DNA from: Octopus bimaculoides
Taxonomy: Eukaryota
Length of the DNA: 64,000 nucleotides
Reading direction: 5' to 3'
NCBI RefSeq assembly: GCF_001194135.2
Contig: NC_068984.1
Coordinates: forward strand, 111,211,665-111,275,664
In this document: positions 62,991 to 64,000 of the stretch, piece by piece
Position numbering within the stretch: the first letter of the stretch is position 1
Layout: each line of letters begins with the position of its first letter
Translations under genes and position numbers: made by a program
Notes under the pieces: model-generated
What the model was told of the DNA's origin: nothing
Database searches by the model: none
Seen by the model: the letters and a program-made list of their open reading frames with translations, nothing else

Positions 62991-63710
62991 TGTATGTATA
63001 TANNNNNNNNNNNNNNNNNNNNNNNNNNNNNNNNNNNNNNNNNNNNNNNNNNNNNNNNNNNNNNNNNNNNNNNNNNNNNNNNNNNNNNNNNNNNNNNNNN
63101 NNNNNNNNNNNNNNNNNNNNNNNNNNNNNNNNNNNNNNNNNNNNNNNNNNNNNNNNNNNNNNNNNNNNNNNNNNNNNNNNNNNNNNNNNNNNNNNNNNNN
63201 NNNNNNNNNNNNNNNNNNNNNNNNNNNNNNNNNNNNNNNNNNNNNNNNNNNNNNNNNNNNNNNNNNNNNNNNNNNNNNNNNNNNNNNNNNNNNNNNNNNN
63301 NNNNNNNNNNNNNNNNNNNNNNNNNNNNNNNNNNNNNNNNNNNNNNNNNNNNNNNNNNNNNNNNNNNNNNNNNNNNNNNNNNNNNNNNNNNNNNNNNNNN
63401 NNNNNNNNNNNNNNNNNNNNNNNNNNNNNNNNNNNNNNNNNNNNNNNNNNNNNNNNNNNNNNNNNNNNNNNNNNNNNNNNNNNNNNNNNNNNNNNNNNNN
63501 NNNNNNNNNNNNNNNNNNNNNNNNNNNNNNNNNNNNNNNNNNNNNNNNNNNNNNNNNNNNNNNNNNNNNNNNNNNNNNNNNNNNNNNNNNNNNNNNNNNN
63601 NNNNNNNNNNNNNNNNNNNNNNNNNNNNNNNNNNNNNNNNNNNNNNNNNNNNNNNNNNNNNNNNNNNNNNNNNNNNNNNNNNNNNNNNNNNNNNNNNNNN
63701 NNNNNNNNNN

Positions 63711-63769
<59 letters not shown>

Positions 63770-64000
63770 GTGTGTGTGTATGCATGTGTCTTTGTGTGTG
63801 TGTGTGTTTCACCACTGGTTGACAACTGAACTGGTGTTGGTGTGTCTATGCCCCCATAATGTAGCAGTTCAGAGAAAAGGGGTGATAAAATAAGTAGCAG
63901 GCATAAAAAACAAAACATAATACATACTGAGGTCAATTCATTCAACAAAGTTTCTGCAAGGCAGTGCCCAAGCATGGCCACATTCTAATGACTGAGACAA

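Overview
AT-rich eukaryotic non-coding DNA with many (TA)n, (CA)n, (GA)n, (AAT)n and (CAT)n arrays and several N gaps. The SINE/MITE repertoire looks like that of an octopus (inference from recalled repeat families). No intact host protein-coding gene is supported; nearly all tracked ORFs are microsatellite or N-gap artefacts. Recognisable content is decayed mobile DNA: Penelope-like retroelements (PLEs) of two types (RT thumb plus GIY-YIG at 12-880, a YRDDG-type RT at about 5350-6330, and two copies of a GIY-YIG/pLTR element at about 14520-16162 and 49990-52820), a DD36E Tc1-like transposon (two copies), mariner and maT-like fragments, TTAA piggyBac derivatives (one with its empty site in the window), a canonical non-autonomous Helitron, CR1 and RTE LINE fragments, and dozens of tRNA-derived SINEs. 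The most notable signal is a set of type I hammerhead-ribozyme (HHR) motifs from about six unrelated sequence families. These include an 84-bp palindrome of two back-to-back hammerheads, a tRNA-headed HHR-bearing SINE in an alternating inverted array, and an HHR with a 76-nt loop II insert. Several long fold-back palindromes, a pre-miRNA-like hairpin and one candidate start-codon exon are also present. All RNA structures were paired by eye and none is shown to be active.
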